Assembly (NCBI GenBank): GCA_963831935.1
Contig: CAWHSH010000001.1
Span: 128,389-192,388 of the forward strand
Origin: an uncultured Bacteroidales bacterium
Lineage (GTDB): Bacteria > Bacteroidota > Bacteroidia > Bacteroidales > VadinHA17
Length of the DNA stretch: 64,000 nt
Direction of reading: 5' to 3'
Below are positions 1-10,703 of this stretch, one piece after another (the stretch's first letter is position 1; each line of letters opens with the position of its first letter). The position numbers and the translations under genes are program-made. The notes under the pieces are model-generated. The model saw nothing but the letters and a program-made list of their open reading frames with translations. It was not told where the DNA came from and searched no databases.

Positions 1-463
1 GATGAGCGGAGTAAGTATCATGACACAGAGCCGCCCTGATGCCCTGAATCTTATTGCAGGCAATAGCTGCTCCGACACCGGTGCCGCAGACCATTATTCC
101 CCGTTCAGCACGACCGCTTTTTATTTCATCAGCCAAAAGAAGGGAGATATCAGGGAAGTCAACAGGATCAGGAGTAAATGACCCGACATCTTTCACACTG
201 TAATTCCATGACTGCAATAACCTGATTAACGGACCTTTCAGAGGGAATCCTGCATGATCACTTCCGATTACAAGTCTTATAGGAGCGTCCCGTTCTTTTT
301 CTTTGGCAAATGATGGATTGACATCGTTGAAATTCTCAGTCGCTGCCTGTTTAATCAAATTATAACGATTATCCGGAGATTTTTCCCCGAATCCCAGGGA
401 GGGAACAGCAAGCACAGAGGCCGATAATATGCCAGCTTTTTTAACAAATTCTCTTTTTCTCAT
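1..463 (-). CDS. RpiB/LacA/LacB-family sugar-phosphate isomerase with an N-terminal export signal; C-terminus lies beyond the window edge
   Basis: I translated the minus strand from the ATG at 461-463. It reads MRKREFVKKAGILSASVLAVPSLGFG..., then LVIGSDHAGFPLKG...GIMVCGTGVGAAIACNKIQGIRAALCHD, which is the RpiB/LacAB core. It is missing from the ORF track because it runs off the window. Confidence 0.7.
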   Translation of the reverse strand, partial: MRKREFVKKAGILSASVLAVPSLGFGEKSPDNRYNLIKQAATENFNDVNPSFAKEKERDAPIRLVIGSDHAGFPLKGPLIRLLQSWNYSVKDVGSFTPDPVDFPDISLLLADEIKSGRAERGIMVCGTGVGAAIACNKIQGIRAALCHDTYSAH

Positions 464-575
464 AATACTTTTACTAATTTTTAAATCAAATGCCTAATTT
501 TTCCATTTCTCCAAAAAGAATTTATGGAAAAAGGTCCGGCAGGAAATGATAAAAATTTATTAGCAGGGATCCGGA

Positions 576-1502
576 CTAAAGGATATCTTTAAAATACTCC
601 GCTACCGCTTCCCAGTCCACAGTTTCATCAGGTGCTTTTCCTAATTTCTGGTAAAGATTCCTGCGACTTTTTTTGTCATCAATGGCAATTCTCGCTGCAA
701 AATAAAGAACATCTTCAGCGACTTCTATCGGTACAACCACAACCCCGTCCCAGTCACATCCGATAATATCACCCGGACGAACCATAACACCACCACAGGC
801 TACTGGAACATCCACATCCATTAATTCCACACGACCAGGTATTATGGTCCGGCCAATACCTCTGCAGGCAACAGGATTTTTCTGCAGAACAATTTCGTCA
901 GTGTCTCTGGCATTACCATCTGTAACGATTCCGACAACTCCGTCAGCCTGCATAGCCATTGAATTGTTCGAACCCCAGTAACCGCATTCACGGGCTCCGT
1001 TTGTGGATGTGACTATAACACAACCCGGTTTTGTTTTCAGGCTCGCATGTGAACCACCTGATTTAAACCAGATATCGTGCTGCAGCAAAGCATCCTTCCG
1101 GTCGATCACCGGCATCCGGCGGTTAGTCGGAATGACACGCAGTGTAACAGCCGGCCCCCAGAAACGCATTCCCATCCATAAGGGACGGATTAACGGATCC
1201 ATCAACGTTAAATCGGCGCGACCTACAGCATCGAGCCCGTCGGTTACATCGGTAACCCTGAGATATTTGCCGAATCTCGCGGCGAGCGCGTAAGGATCTT
1301 TACCCTGTATTAATACAGGCTTAGTCTGGTCTGGTGTCTGAGATACTCTTGCAGAAGCAAATGGATTAGCTACTCCAATACCAACGGCGGTGGCTGCAGA
1401 CATTTTCAGAAAGTCTCTCCTGGATGAGGTGCCTTGTGATTTAGCCTCTTTCCGGCTGTTTAATAACTCCATGTCTGATTTCATTTTAGTACTTTTTTTC
1501 AT
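576..1502 (-). CDS. RraA-family (RraA / HMG-CHA-aldolase-like fold) protein with a twin-arginine signal
   Basis: 308-aa ORF. Tat motif SRRDFLKMSAATAVGIG. GVVGIVTDGNARD matches the RraA-family G-x-V-x-DG-x-x-RD motif. Confidence 0.65.
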   Translation of the reverse strand: MKKSTKMKSDMELLNSRKEAKSQGTSSRRDFLKMSAATAVGIGVANPFASARVSQTPDQTKPVLIQGKDPYALAARFGKYLRVTDVTDGLDAVGRADLTLMDPLIRPLWMGMRFWGPAVTLRVIPTNRRMPVIDRKDALLQHDIWFKSGGSHASLKTKPGCVIVTSTNGARECGYWGSNNSMAMQADGVVGIVTDGNARDTDEIVLQKNPVACRGIGRTIIPGRVELMDVDVPVACGGVMVRPGDIIGCDWDGVVVVPIEVAEDVLYFAARIAIDDKKSRRNLYQKLGKAPDETVDWEAVAEYFKDIL

Positions 1503-1784
1503 CGTTATTTAATTTAATTTTAAAGGTCAGATGCCTTCCTGTAGCATGATGATAGCATTTTTACGGTTTTTCAGGTAGTCTAAAATTATTCATTTATTAA
1601 GAATAATCATAGCATTACACTCCACTTCGTTCCGGCTTTTTAATTTTAACTTAACACCAGGTAAATTTTCAATGGAAAAACACCCCTGTCAATTTTCAAA
1701 ATTAAATTGTCGATATTTGATTGGGCCAATAAGAAGAAAAAACATTTACTGATGACAACCAACAAGATTAAAATCCCGATATCC

Positions 1785-2678
1785 ATGAAACACCTATTCA
1801 TTTTCCTGTGCTTTTCTTTTCTGACCCATACTTCACTCAAAGCAGAGCGAACCCCGATTGATCAGGTTGAAAATAATGACCAGGTGATCCATATCAAGGA
1901 AGTTTACAAAACGGTTGACACATTCAAACTTAAGATTGATATATTTTATACAAAGCAATCGTTTGAAAGAGAGAATAATACAGCAATTGTTTTCTTTCAT
2001 GGAGGTGGATGGGCCTTTGGCACCCCGGGTGAGTTCTTTACAACCTGTGAACGATATGCGAAAATGGGAATTGTGACGTTTTCTGTTGATTATCGGTTGT
2101 CAATTGAAAATGGAGTTACTCCGCATAAAACGATAAGTCCGATCGAATCTGTTATGGATGCAAAATCGGCCATGAGATGGGTTCGGGAAAACGCCGGAAA
2201 GTTCCATATTGACAGAAATAAAATAGTTGCTGCCGGTCAGTCTGCCGGAGGTCACCTGGCATTATGCACAGCTATGATTGATGATTATAATGAAAAATCA
2301 GATAACCTCAGCACAAGCTGCCGCCCGGATGCAATTCTGTTGTTTTCAGCATGTGTAAATGCAGTGGAAGGCTGGTGCGACCGTTTGCTGGCTGACCGCC
2401 GTAATAAAATATGGAGTATCTCTCCAGCCCACAATATAAAGAGAGGAATGCCGCCGATGATTGAGTTTCATGGTACTTACGATGAGCAGGTACCTGTATG
2501 GACAGTTCAATTCTTTGAAAGTGACATGAAAAAGGAAGGCAATTATTTTGAACTGCATACATATGAGGGAATGAGGCACTATCTGGGGGAGGGAAATCCA
2601 AAATATTCACGCTACTTTGACGATGAAATACTTAAGGTTGCGGATGATTTTCTCCGAAAATTTAATCTCTTAAATTAA
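1785..2678 (+). CDS. Secreted alpha/beta-hydrolase, HSL-type carboxylesterase/lipase
   Basis: HGGGW oxyanion motif and GQSAGG nucleophile elbow. Signal-like MKHLFIFLCFSFLTHTSLKA. I placed the start at an internal Met of ORF 1707..2678. Confidence 0.8.
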   Translation: MKHLFIFLCFSFLTHTSLKAERTPIDQVENNDQVIHIKEVYKTVDTFKLKIDIFYTKQSFERENNTAIVFFHGGGWAFGTPGEFFTTCERYAKMGIVTFSVDYRLSIENGVTPHKTISPIESVMDAKSAMRWVRENAGKFHIDRNKIVAAGQSAGGHLALCTAMIDDYNEKSDNLSTSCRPDAILLFSACVNAVEGWCDRLLADRRNKIWSISPAHNIKRGMPPMIEFHGTYDEQVPVWTVQFFESDMKKEGNYFELHTYEGMRHYLGEGNPKYSRYFDDEILKVADDFLRKFNLLN

Positions 2679-2738
2679 AACTCCTTCAACATTTTATTTT
2701 ATTTATGTTAAATTAGAATAAGGTATAAATCAGATTAA

Positions 2739-3391
2739 ATGATTAACCAGACTTTTTCACGAAGAGAATTTGTAAGGCTTTTTACGGGAGGAACAGCCGC
2801 AGTGCTCATCTCCTTTAATACTGCCTGCAGGAATAAAATCAGTCAGTGGCGTTATCTCAATGAAGAAGAAATTACTCTGCTTGATGCAATTGTTGAACAG
2901 ATAATTCCAACGGATGATTTTCCGGGTGGGAAATGGGCCAATGTGTCAAATTTTATCGATAAGCAACTTGACACATATTACAGGAAACATCAGCTTGCAT
3001 ATCGTGAAGGTCTTGCTGCCTTTGAAAAAACTGTAATTCAAATGAAGGGTAAAAAGTTTGAAGAACTTCCTTTCTGCAGAACAGACGGCAATGCTTGAAA
3101 AGATGGAGACGGGAGAATTCTCCGGTGATTATTGGAAGGACCACCCTCCGGCTGAGTTTCTTTGACATGGTAAGGCAGCATTCCTTGCAGGGTTTTTATG
3201 GAAGTCCTGTTCACGGAGGAAACCGTGAATATATTAGCTATCGTATGCTCGGACTTGATTATCCTAATGTTATCGGACAAAACAGGTACAATGATTTAAG
3301 CTGGCGTAAATACAATCCTAAATCTCCGCGAAAATGGCAAATAAACATGTTAATGCGGTTGTGGTCGGTGCAGGAGCAGGTGGTGGAGTAG
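2739..3391 (+). pseudogene. Gluconate 2-dehydrogenase subunit-3 (gamma)-family small Tat subunit; frame broken about twice
   Basis: Tat signal SRREFVRLFTGGTAAV. The protein continues in three frames: ...FEELPF | EQTAMLEKMETGEFSGDYWKDHPPAEF | FDMVRQHSLQGFYGSPVHGGNREY. The last segment is the family-typical GFY..P..GGN motif. Breaks lie near 3070 and 3150. Confidence 0.65.
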
Positions 3392-4987
3392 TAGCAAAGG
3401 AACTCGCTATCGGAGGTCTCACAGTGGTGCTCTTTGAACGTGGAAGATGGCATACCTTCGACGAACACGGGGATGATGAACTGACTTCCCAACGGACTTT
3501 TCCTCTCAAATGCGGTTATGGTCCGGATAATGAGCGCAACTGGAGAATGGCTCCTGATGGTAAAAATGGATGGATAAAGGTTTTCCCGAACCAGTGGAGC
3601 TACGGAAATAATGCTGCCTGTGTCGGCAGCGGAACAGTCAGTTATGGAGCAATGGCCTGGAGATTTCAGCCTGAAGACTTTCATCTTAAAACCAAATATG
3701 GTGCAGTACCAGGCAGCACCCTTGATGACTGGCCTTTGAGCTATGATGAACTGGAACCTTATTATGAGAAAGCTGAATATGAGTTAGGTGTGGCCGGCGA
3801 TCCGACAAATGATCCTTACGTACCGCCCAGAAAGAATCCTTATCCTATGCCTGCCTTTTCGTTTAACAGGGAAGGAATCATCCTTGAAAAGGCTGCAAAA
3901 AGACTGGGTTTGCATCCTTTTCCAATTCCCATGCTGCGAAATTCAGTGCCATATAACGGTCGTCCTGCCTGTATCCGCATGCGAACATGCGTAGGTTATG
4001 CCTGTCCTGTGGGCGCCAAGGCCGGTACACAGAATACTGTAATTCCTGTTGCATTAAAAACGGGAAATTGTGAACTCCGGATAAACTGCATGGTCAGTGA
4101 AATAATAGTCGACGAAAGAGGTAAGGCTAAAGGAATTAAATACTTTGATGCAGATAATAAGCTGCAGGTACAAACTTCAGACCTGGTAGTTGTGTCAGCT
4201 TCCGCCAGTGAAACTGCAAGGCTTCTGTTAAATTCCAAATCAAAGTTATTTCCCAGCGGAGCAGGTAATAATAATGGCTGGGTAGGCAAGAATATCCAGG
4301 ATCATGCATATACTGGAGCTTATGGCCTTTTTGAGGATGAAGTGTATGATGATGTTGGCCCGGGTGCCTGTATAGCAATAAATGATTTCAATCATCGCTT
4401 TCCTGACGTTATCGGAGGCGGGGTATTATGTAACGAATTTATTCGAATGCCATATCCAGTTTACCTCAATACGCCCGTCAGGCAGCAGGATGTGGGGAAA
4501 GGAACATAAAGATTTTCAGAAGCGTAATTTTAAAAGACATATCGGCATACATGGACCTGTACAGGAAATGCCGGTATTTGACAAAATGGTTGAGGTAGAT
4601 CCTGTTGTCAAGGATTTCTGGGGAATACCTGTTGCCCGGATTAGTGGATTAAGGCACGATAATGATATTAAAGTAGGACATTTTCTTGCTGATAAAGCAG
4701 AAGAATGGCTAAAAGAAGCAGGGGCCATTTATACATGGCAGGCTGTTCCCGGTAAGCAGAGTACTCCCAGCCAGCATCAGAGCGGGACCTGTCGCATGGG
4801 CAATGACCCAAAAACCTCCGTAACCAATAAATATGGTCAGTTGCATGAAATCGATAATATCTTCATTGCCGATGGCAGCCTTCATGTGAACAATGGCGGA
4901 TATAACCCTGCACTTACCATACTTGCTCTTGGTTATTGGGTTGGAGGCCATATTACGGAAAAGTGGAAGAGGACAAATATGAAGTAG
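3334..4987 (+). pseudogene. GMC-family FAD flavoprotein dehydrogenase (large subunit); one frameshift near 4440-4460
   Basis: N-terminal VVVGAGAGGGVVAKELA dinucleotide fold. C-terminal GTCRMGNDP...IFIADGSLHVNNGGYNPALT is the GMC signature. ORFs 3334..4509 and 4382..4987 overlap in different frames. Confidence 0.8.
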
Positions 4988-5037
4988 TCGAACTGATTCC
5001 TGAACCCGGTTTTTGAATTTAAAGAATACCTGGCCAA

Positions 5038-6096
5038 ATGAAAAAAATATTAATTATTAGTTCAATTCTCATCCTGTTTGTTGTTGCATTGCTTGTTTCT
5101 TACTCTCACTGGAATGCAGCTTCGCCGGCAAAAACCTGTGCGAGCTGTCATGAAATTTCACATTCAGTAGACCTGTGGGCAGAGTCGACGCACAGGAACA
5201 TAGCTTGTAAGGATTGCCACGGTACTGCCCTGAGTGAAGGAATGCACAGTCTGAAAGAAAAGGGAGCAATGCTTTTTCATCATTCCGGCAAAATAAAGCC
5301 TGACGAGGTAATAATTTCCGAAGCTCAACGTCTGGAGGTGATGCAAAGGTGCATAGGCTGTCATCAGACAGAGTATGCCAAATGGAATTCAGGCGGGCAT
5401 GCCATAAACTACTCCGAGGTCTTTTTAAATCCTGTTCATAACAAAGCTGAAACCATTTATGACGATTGTCTCCGTTGCCATGGTATGTTTTATGATGAAG
5501 GCACCGTTGTTAATATTGTCGAACCACTCGATACTGCGGGTCCCTGGAAATTAAAGGATGTTAGCCTCGCAGATCGTCCCGCAATTCCTTGTTTTGCCTG
5601 CCACCAGACTCATCAGCCGGGCTATCCCGGAATAAGACAGAATCTCGAAACACCTGCTTCCCTGCATTATTCAAGGGTGAAAAAAACACTTACCTCATTC
5701 TATTACAGACGCGATAATATGTATTTTCCTGTTTTATCGCTTTCTTCTCAGGAGATAACTTACAGGTCAGTGCCGGTTAAAATTTCACAGGATCCTAATC
5801 AGAGCTTGTGCATTCAGTGCCATTCACCCAATGCATTCAACATGGCAGGTACGTCTGACGATCGCACTCCCAGGGGAGTTCATGAAGGGATAAGCTGCCT
5901 GGCATGTCATGATTCACATTCCAACTCAGCAATAGCTTCCTGTAAAAACTGCCACCCCGCTATTTCCAACTGCAAACTGGATGTGGAGAAGATGAATACC
6001 ACCTACAAAGACCAATCAAGCATAAATAACATTCATTTTGTTGCATGCACAGACTGCCATACTAAGGGAAGACCCACTAAACGAACTAATCCATAA
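5038..6096 (+). CDS. Membrane-anchored nonaheme c-type cytochrome with a NapC/NirT-like N-terminus
   Basis: N-terminal TM helix ILIISSILILFVVALLVSY. Nine CxxCH motifs in the translation: CASCH, CKDCH, CIGCH, CLRCH, CFACH, CIQCH, CLACH, CKNCH, CTDCH. Confidence 0.8.
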   Translation: MKKILIISSILILFVVALLVSYSHWNAASPAKTCASCHEISHSVDLWAESTHRNIACKDCHGTALSEGMHSLKEKGAMLFHHSGKIKPDEVIISEAQRLEVMQRCIGCHQTEYAKWNSGGHAINYSEVFLNPVHNKAETIYDDCLRCHGMFYDEGTVVNIVEPLDTAGPWKLKDVSLADRPAIPCFACHQTHQPGYPGIRQNLETPASLHYSRVKKTLTSFYYRRDNMYFPVLSLSSQEITYRSVPVKISQDPNQSLCIQCHSPNAFNMAGTSDDRTPRGVHEGISCLACHDSHSNSAIASCKNCHPAISNCKLDVEKMNTTYKDQSSINNIHFVACTDCHTKGRPTKRTNP

Positions 6097-6259
6097 AAGT
6101 GTTCTGTAACAGCAACCCCATTCTGACCTATGATCCGCTGAAAGTGAAAAATAATCACTCTGAACACTATTCAAGCCAAGTAACAGTAAATGGCAATTAT
6201 CAACCCTATAAATCTTTGCCTGAAAAATTACTTATGATTTTTTAAAGCAAAATCGAATA

Positions 6260-6970
6260 TCATTTCTTTCCGGTTAACCGGTTAAAACTATCCCTGTATT
6301 TAAGACCTATTGGTATCGGTTTGTTGTTGATTATCACCTGATGATTCTCAATAATGTCAATATGTTTTAATGAAACCACATATGATTTATGGATTCGGCA
6401 AAACTTGCCGGGAGGCAGCATAGCAAGTACGTCCTGAATACTCAGGTAGGTGACTATTTTTTTGTCGGTCAGGAAAAAAGTCACATAATTTCCAAGACCT
6501 TCGACATATTGGATTGTATTAACTTTTACCCTGAAAGTTTTGGTTCGGTCTTTAATATAAACAATCTGATCTTCATCACCAGCGGCTTTCTTTTCTTTCC
6601 TTGTGGTCCCAGTTTTTAAAGCATATAATTCATTTGCCTTATTGACAGCTTTAATAAACCGTTCAAACTCAAAAGGTTTCAAGAGGTAATCAACAACATT
6701 GAGTTCGTATCCGTCTAAAGCGTGCTCAGAGTATGCAGTGGTAAGGATGATCAGAGGCGGATTTGGTAATGATCTTAAAAGTTGTAATCCTGTTATCCCG
6801 GGCATGCTTATATCGAGGAATATCAGGTCAGGTCTGTTCTCCGCAATATAATTCATTGCCTGAAGCGGATCCCTGAACGTTCCAAGTAATTCAAGAAAAG
6901 GGATTTTAGCTATAAATAAAGTCAGTATATCCAGCGCTTTGGGCTCATCATCTACTGCAATGCATGTCAT
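6260..6970 (-). CDS. LytTR-family response regulator
   Basis: Receiver domain (IAVDDE...LIFLDISMPG) followed by a LytTR DNA-binding domain (IQYVEGLGNYVTFF...CRIHKSYVV). Its start overlaps the stop of the upstream kinase by 4 nt. Confidence 0.85.
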   Translation of the reverse strand: MTCIAVDDEPKALDILTLFIAKIPFLELLGTFRDPLQAMNYIAENRPDLIFLDISMPGITGLQLLRSLPNPPLIILTTAYSEHALDGYELNVVDYLLKPFEFERFIKAVNKANELYALKTGTTRKEKKAAGDEDQIVYIKDRTKTFRVKVNTIQYVEGLGNYVTFFLTDKKIVTYLSIQDVLAMLPPGKFCRIHKSYVVSLKHIDIIENHQVIINNKPIPIGLKYRDSFNRLTGKK

Positions 6971-8010
6971 TTTACCGAAGTTAATCTGATCAACAAATCG
7001 ACATTAAAAACATCATTGTCTGAACTTATATTCAGACTGTGATTATCACGATAGAGTAGTTCCAGACGTTCTTTAATATTACTGAGACCAATTCCTGACT
7101 CAGGTAACTTATTTTTATAACAGATTGAGTTTCTGATATTAAACTTCAATTCATCATTTGTTACTACAAATTTAATATTAATAAAAGAGTGTTCCCTGAT
7201 ATTGATTCCATATTTGAAAGCATTTTCAATGAAAACAATAAAAATAAAGGGAGGAATTCTGATATCTGACGTGTTTCCTTCGATATCAAAAGTGATGTTA
7301 ACATCGTCTTGTTCTGAAAACCTTAATTTCTGAAGTTCTATATAACTTTTAAGATAGCCAATCTCTTTATCAAGCAAAATCATTTTTTCGTCCACTTCGT
7401 CGAGCATAAATCTCATAATATGAGAGAGCTTCGTTATCCCGACAGCAGTTTCGTCATCATTATGCTTCAGGGCAATGGAGTAAAGATTGTTAAGTGTGTT
7501 ATATAAAAAATGCGGATTTATCTGGGATTTTAGGTACTTCAATTCAAGTGTGAGCTTTTCTTCCACAAGCTTTCGTTCAATGATCTTATTTTTAATCCAT
7601 TCTTTTACTATGCAATAGAAGAACGACTGAACCGCAAAAAACAGATTAACTATTATTTCCATAATGTATCTTCCTGACTGATGTAAAGCTTCTTTTGAAA
7701 AATAATACCATATAAACTGATCGTCTGCCTTAACTTTCAGGAAAGCCATCAGGTTGATTAAAATGATGAGTAAAAGCGTATAAAATACAGGCTTTATTTT
7801 TTTCTTATTCAGTGCAGGGAACAGGAAAAATATGTTCAGGTAAACTATCAATATGTTTATTATCACGCTTATTATAAGCGGAAGAGCGAGGTACTTTCCC
7901 TCAAGGCCCTGAAAAGCCACCAGGTTGAACTTGATTATCAGGTAAGTCGGCAGGGTCCACAATAATATATGTGATATTACCTCAATATATGTTCCTGATC
8001 TTTTACTCAT
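6967..8010 (-). CDS. Membrane sensor histidine kinase, LytS/YehU type
   Basis: Multiple N-terminal TM helices. The NPHFLYNTLNNLYSIA H-box is typical of the His_kinase family. GIGLSNIKERLELLY belongs to the ATPase domain. Confidence 0.8.
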   Translation of the reverse strand: MSKRSGTYIEVISHILLWTLPTYLIIKFNLVAFQGLEGKYLALPLIISVIINILIVYLNIFFLFPALNKKKIKPVFYTLLLIILINLMAFLKVKADDQFIWYYFSKEALHQSGRYIMEIIVNLFFAVQSFFYCIVKEWIKNKIIERKLVEEKLTLELKYLKSQINPHFLYNTLNNLYSIALKHNDDETAVGITKLSHIMRFMLDEVDEKMILLDKEIGYLKSYIELQKLRFSEQDDVNITFDIEGNTSDIRIPPFIFIVFIENAFKYGINIREHSFINIKFVVTNDELKFNIRNSICYKNKLPESGIGLSNIKERLELLYRDNHSLNISSDNDVFNVDLLIRLTSVK

Positions 8011-8246
8011 TCCCTTTTATTCTCTTAAAAGATATAATATTATAGAATAAGTATCAATTCAACATATTTATTATTCCAATTCTCAGCTGTACTATTCAAA
8101 CTCATCAATATTCTATCTGAAGTCATATCTGGCAATAAATCCGGACATTCAGATAATTTTTTACCATTTTCGTATAAGTAATTTGTTCGCTGTTAGTGCT
8201 TTACATTATTTTGTCTGCGAGTATTAATTTATTAAATTTTTATACC

Positions 8247-10061
8247 ATGAAAAAAGCACTTTTATTATTAACAATAATACTTGGAGCGAATGCTTACTCA
8301 GCCAATGCTCAGAGTATTTCCGACCTTCTCGACGGATACTATGCATATAACAGATTCCAGGGAAGTGTACTGGTGGCCCGCAATGGCGAAATAGTGTTTC
8401 AGAAGAACTATGGTTTTGCCGACAAGGATAATAATGACCAGATCACAGAATCAAGTTTGTTCAACCTTGCTTCAGTTACTAAGGTCTTTACAGCAACTGC
8501 AATTTTTAAACTTCATGAAGAGGGAAAACTTAGCATATATGACAAGGTTGACAAGTACATTCCGGGATTTATCAATGACAATACTGACAGCTTAACACTT
8601 ATCAATCTCCTCAACCATACATCAGGAATGAGTGCGAATCTTGCCCAGACTGATAATCTCAACAAACACGGAAATGTAGTTGTGCCTGACAGCGGAATCG
8701 TTACCACTGACCAGCTGATATCAAAATTCAGAGACACCAATCTGAATACCAGACCGGGAAAAAGTTTTAATTATAATAATTACGGGTATCTTCTTCTGGG
8801 CTATATTATTGAAAAGGTAACCGGTATGGATTATATAGATTATCTGAATAAAGAAATATTTCCTGAAGCAGGCATGACAAACACTTATGTCCAGCGATTC
8901 CTTCCGGTGCAACAGGTAAAAGGTTATACCGGAATTGGAACAACCAGTATAATGCCGGTAAAGGAGGAGACTTTCCCAGCGTGGATCAAAGGTGCGGTGG
9001 GATTGTATTCTTCAGTCTCTGATCTCAATATGTTTCTGCAAGCTATTCTGAACAATCGTCTGCTTAACCATAAAACATTAAGTCTTATGCTTGATACCTG
9101 TGTTGCCACCCATATGGGAAATTCTCTTTGGACTGCAGGATGGGAAAAAAACGAGGTGGATGGTTTGAATTTATACTCACATGGGGGAAGCATTAAAGGA
9201 TTCTCTAACAGAATCGGATTTGTACCTGAAAAGAATATATCTGTTGTAATCCTTTCCAATCTGGTGAAAGATAAATCCCACGATGGTATGTCATCAGTAA
9301 ATTATTCCTGGGTTGATAATATCACTAAGGATATCGTAAGGATCATGAATGGCAAAAACGTTTCATATCTGCCTGTTCCTTCAGAAAAGCCTGGCAGAAT
9401 AAAAAGCGGTAAATACTTTTTGGATGATACCCATTTAATAAATTTATCATATCACAAAGATTCGCTGCTCCTGGAAACAGACAGCCCCGGTAATTTCACC
9501 CTCTTTGATTACAACCTTTACAGGGAAATAACTGACACGTCGCCAGAATATAAGGTATGTAAGACTTTTGTATCTTATATTTTAGAAGGAGATCTTAAGG
9601 ATATTGAAAAATATGCCGATGAAAAAATGAAGAAGGCAGCATTCGATGAAAAAGGGAATGCCTTAACATTGAATTTCTGGAATAATTTCGTATCACAGGC
9701 AGGGAAATGCTCCTTAACAAATATCTATAACAAAGATGAACAGAACGGTAGCAAAAACTATTTAATGGCTTTCCACCTTGAAAAAGCTGAATTACTGATG
9801 CAACTTTCATTTAATGATAATTCATTGATAAATGGATTTTTCATTCTTAAGATACTGCCAAAGTGTAATATTCATTCTGTTCAACTTATACCGACAGGCA
9901 AAAACAAGTTTTTTGTTGACGGATACAGCTATGGGGGGTATAAAGATTTCCGCGTCAGATATGATAAGCCTGCCAGAAGAATAAGCTTTGAAAGCGGTAA
10001 TGAAAATTTTACAGCATCAGGTTACAGAAAAAGGACTGAGAACTTTATTGCTATTAAATAA
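8247..10061 (+). CDS. Secreted serine hydrolase, beta-lactamase/PBP4-like fold, with an extra C-terminal domain
   Basis: Signal peptide MKKALLLLTIILGANAYSANA. SxxK motif ASVTK, YNNY (YxN) and HGGS box. Start taken at an internal Met of ORF 8196..10061. Confidence 0.8.
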   Translation: MKKALLLLTIILGANAYSANAQSISDLLDGYYAYNRFQGSVLVARNGEIVFQKNYGFADKDNNDQITESSLFNLASVTKVFTATAIFKLHEEGKLSIYDKVDKYIPGFINDNTDSLTLINLLNHTSGMSANLAQTDNLNKHGNVVVPDSGIVTTDQLISKFRDTNLNTRPGKSFNYNNYGYLLLGYIIEKVTGMDYIDYLNKEIFPEAGMTNTYVQRFLPVQQVKGYTGIGTTSIMPVKEETFPAWIKGAVGLYSSVSDLNMFLQAILNNRLLNHKTLSLMLDTCVATHMGNSLWTAGWEKNEVDGLNLYSHGGSIKGFSNRIGFVPEKNISVVILSNLVKDKSHDGMSSVNYSWVDNITKDIVRIMNGKNVSYLPVPSEKPGRIKSGKYFLDDTHLINLSYHKDSLLLETDSPGNFTLFDYNLYREITDTSPEYKVCKTFVSYILEGDLKDIEKYADEKMKKAAFDEKGNALTLNFWNNFVSQAGKCSLTNIYNKDEQNGSKNYLMAFHLEKAELLMQLSFNDNSLINGFFILKILPKCNIHSVQLIPTGKNKFFVDGYSYGGYKDFRVRYDKPARRISFESGNENFTASGYRKRTENFIAIK

Positions 10062-10350
10062 AATGTTCAGACAAAACTTTTTTCAGAATTATTCACATAC
10101 CACATAATAAAGTATAATGATATATATTGTAAATCAACAATTATTATATCCAATACAGTAAATATTTTACCTGGAACAATATGGTATTTACAACGCTGTA
10201 TTCAGTTGAAACGCCTCAGGAAGGGAGCCAAAAAAGGTGATTGAAGGACAATTTACTCCCTCATAACTGCCTGCGCTGAAGTTTACGGAACATTAATTTC
10301 TATTATATTTGGAAAAATAAAGGCAAACTATAAATAAATTATAAACTCTT

Positions 10351-10701
10351 ATGAAAATCAACACCAATAATGAGATTCCTGCTTCAGATGTCCTGATGGA
10401 AGGAGCGAGGGGTGTGAAAATGAAAATCCTTCTTGGTTACAATGAAGGATCAGATAAAATTATAATGAGGCATTTTATTATTGCCTCGGGCGGGAATACC
10501 CCGTATCATCAGCATAATTACGAGCATCTGGTCAAAATTGAAACAAACAGAGGAATTGTTGTTGATGAAGACGGGAATGATCATGAGGTAATGAAGGGTC
10601 AGAGCATCTTTGTAAAACCCAATGAGAAACATCAATTCAGAAATCCCTTTAAGGAAGATTTTGAATTTACCTGCATTATTCCCAATCCCGAAAAGAAATA
10701 A
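10351..10701 (+). CDS. Cupin-domain protein
   Basis: 116 aa. The cupin metal motif GGNTPYHQHNYEH fits the G-x5-H-x-H-x3-E pattern. Confidence 0.7.
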   Translation: MKINTNNEIPASDVLMEGARGVKMKILLGYNEGSDKIIMRHFIIASGGNTPYHQHNYEHLVKIETNRGIVVDEDGNDHEVMKGQSIFVKPNEKHQFRNPFKEDFEFTCIIPNPEKK

Positions 10702-10703
10702 GA

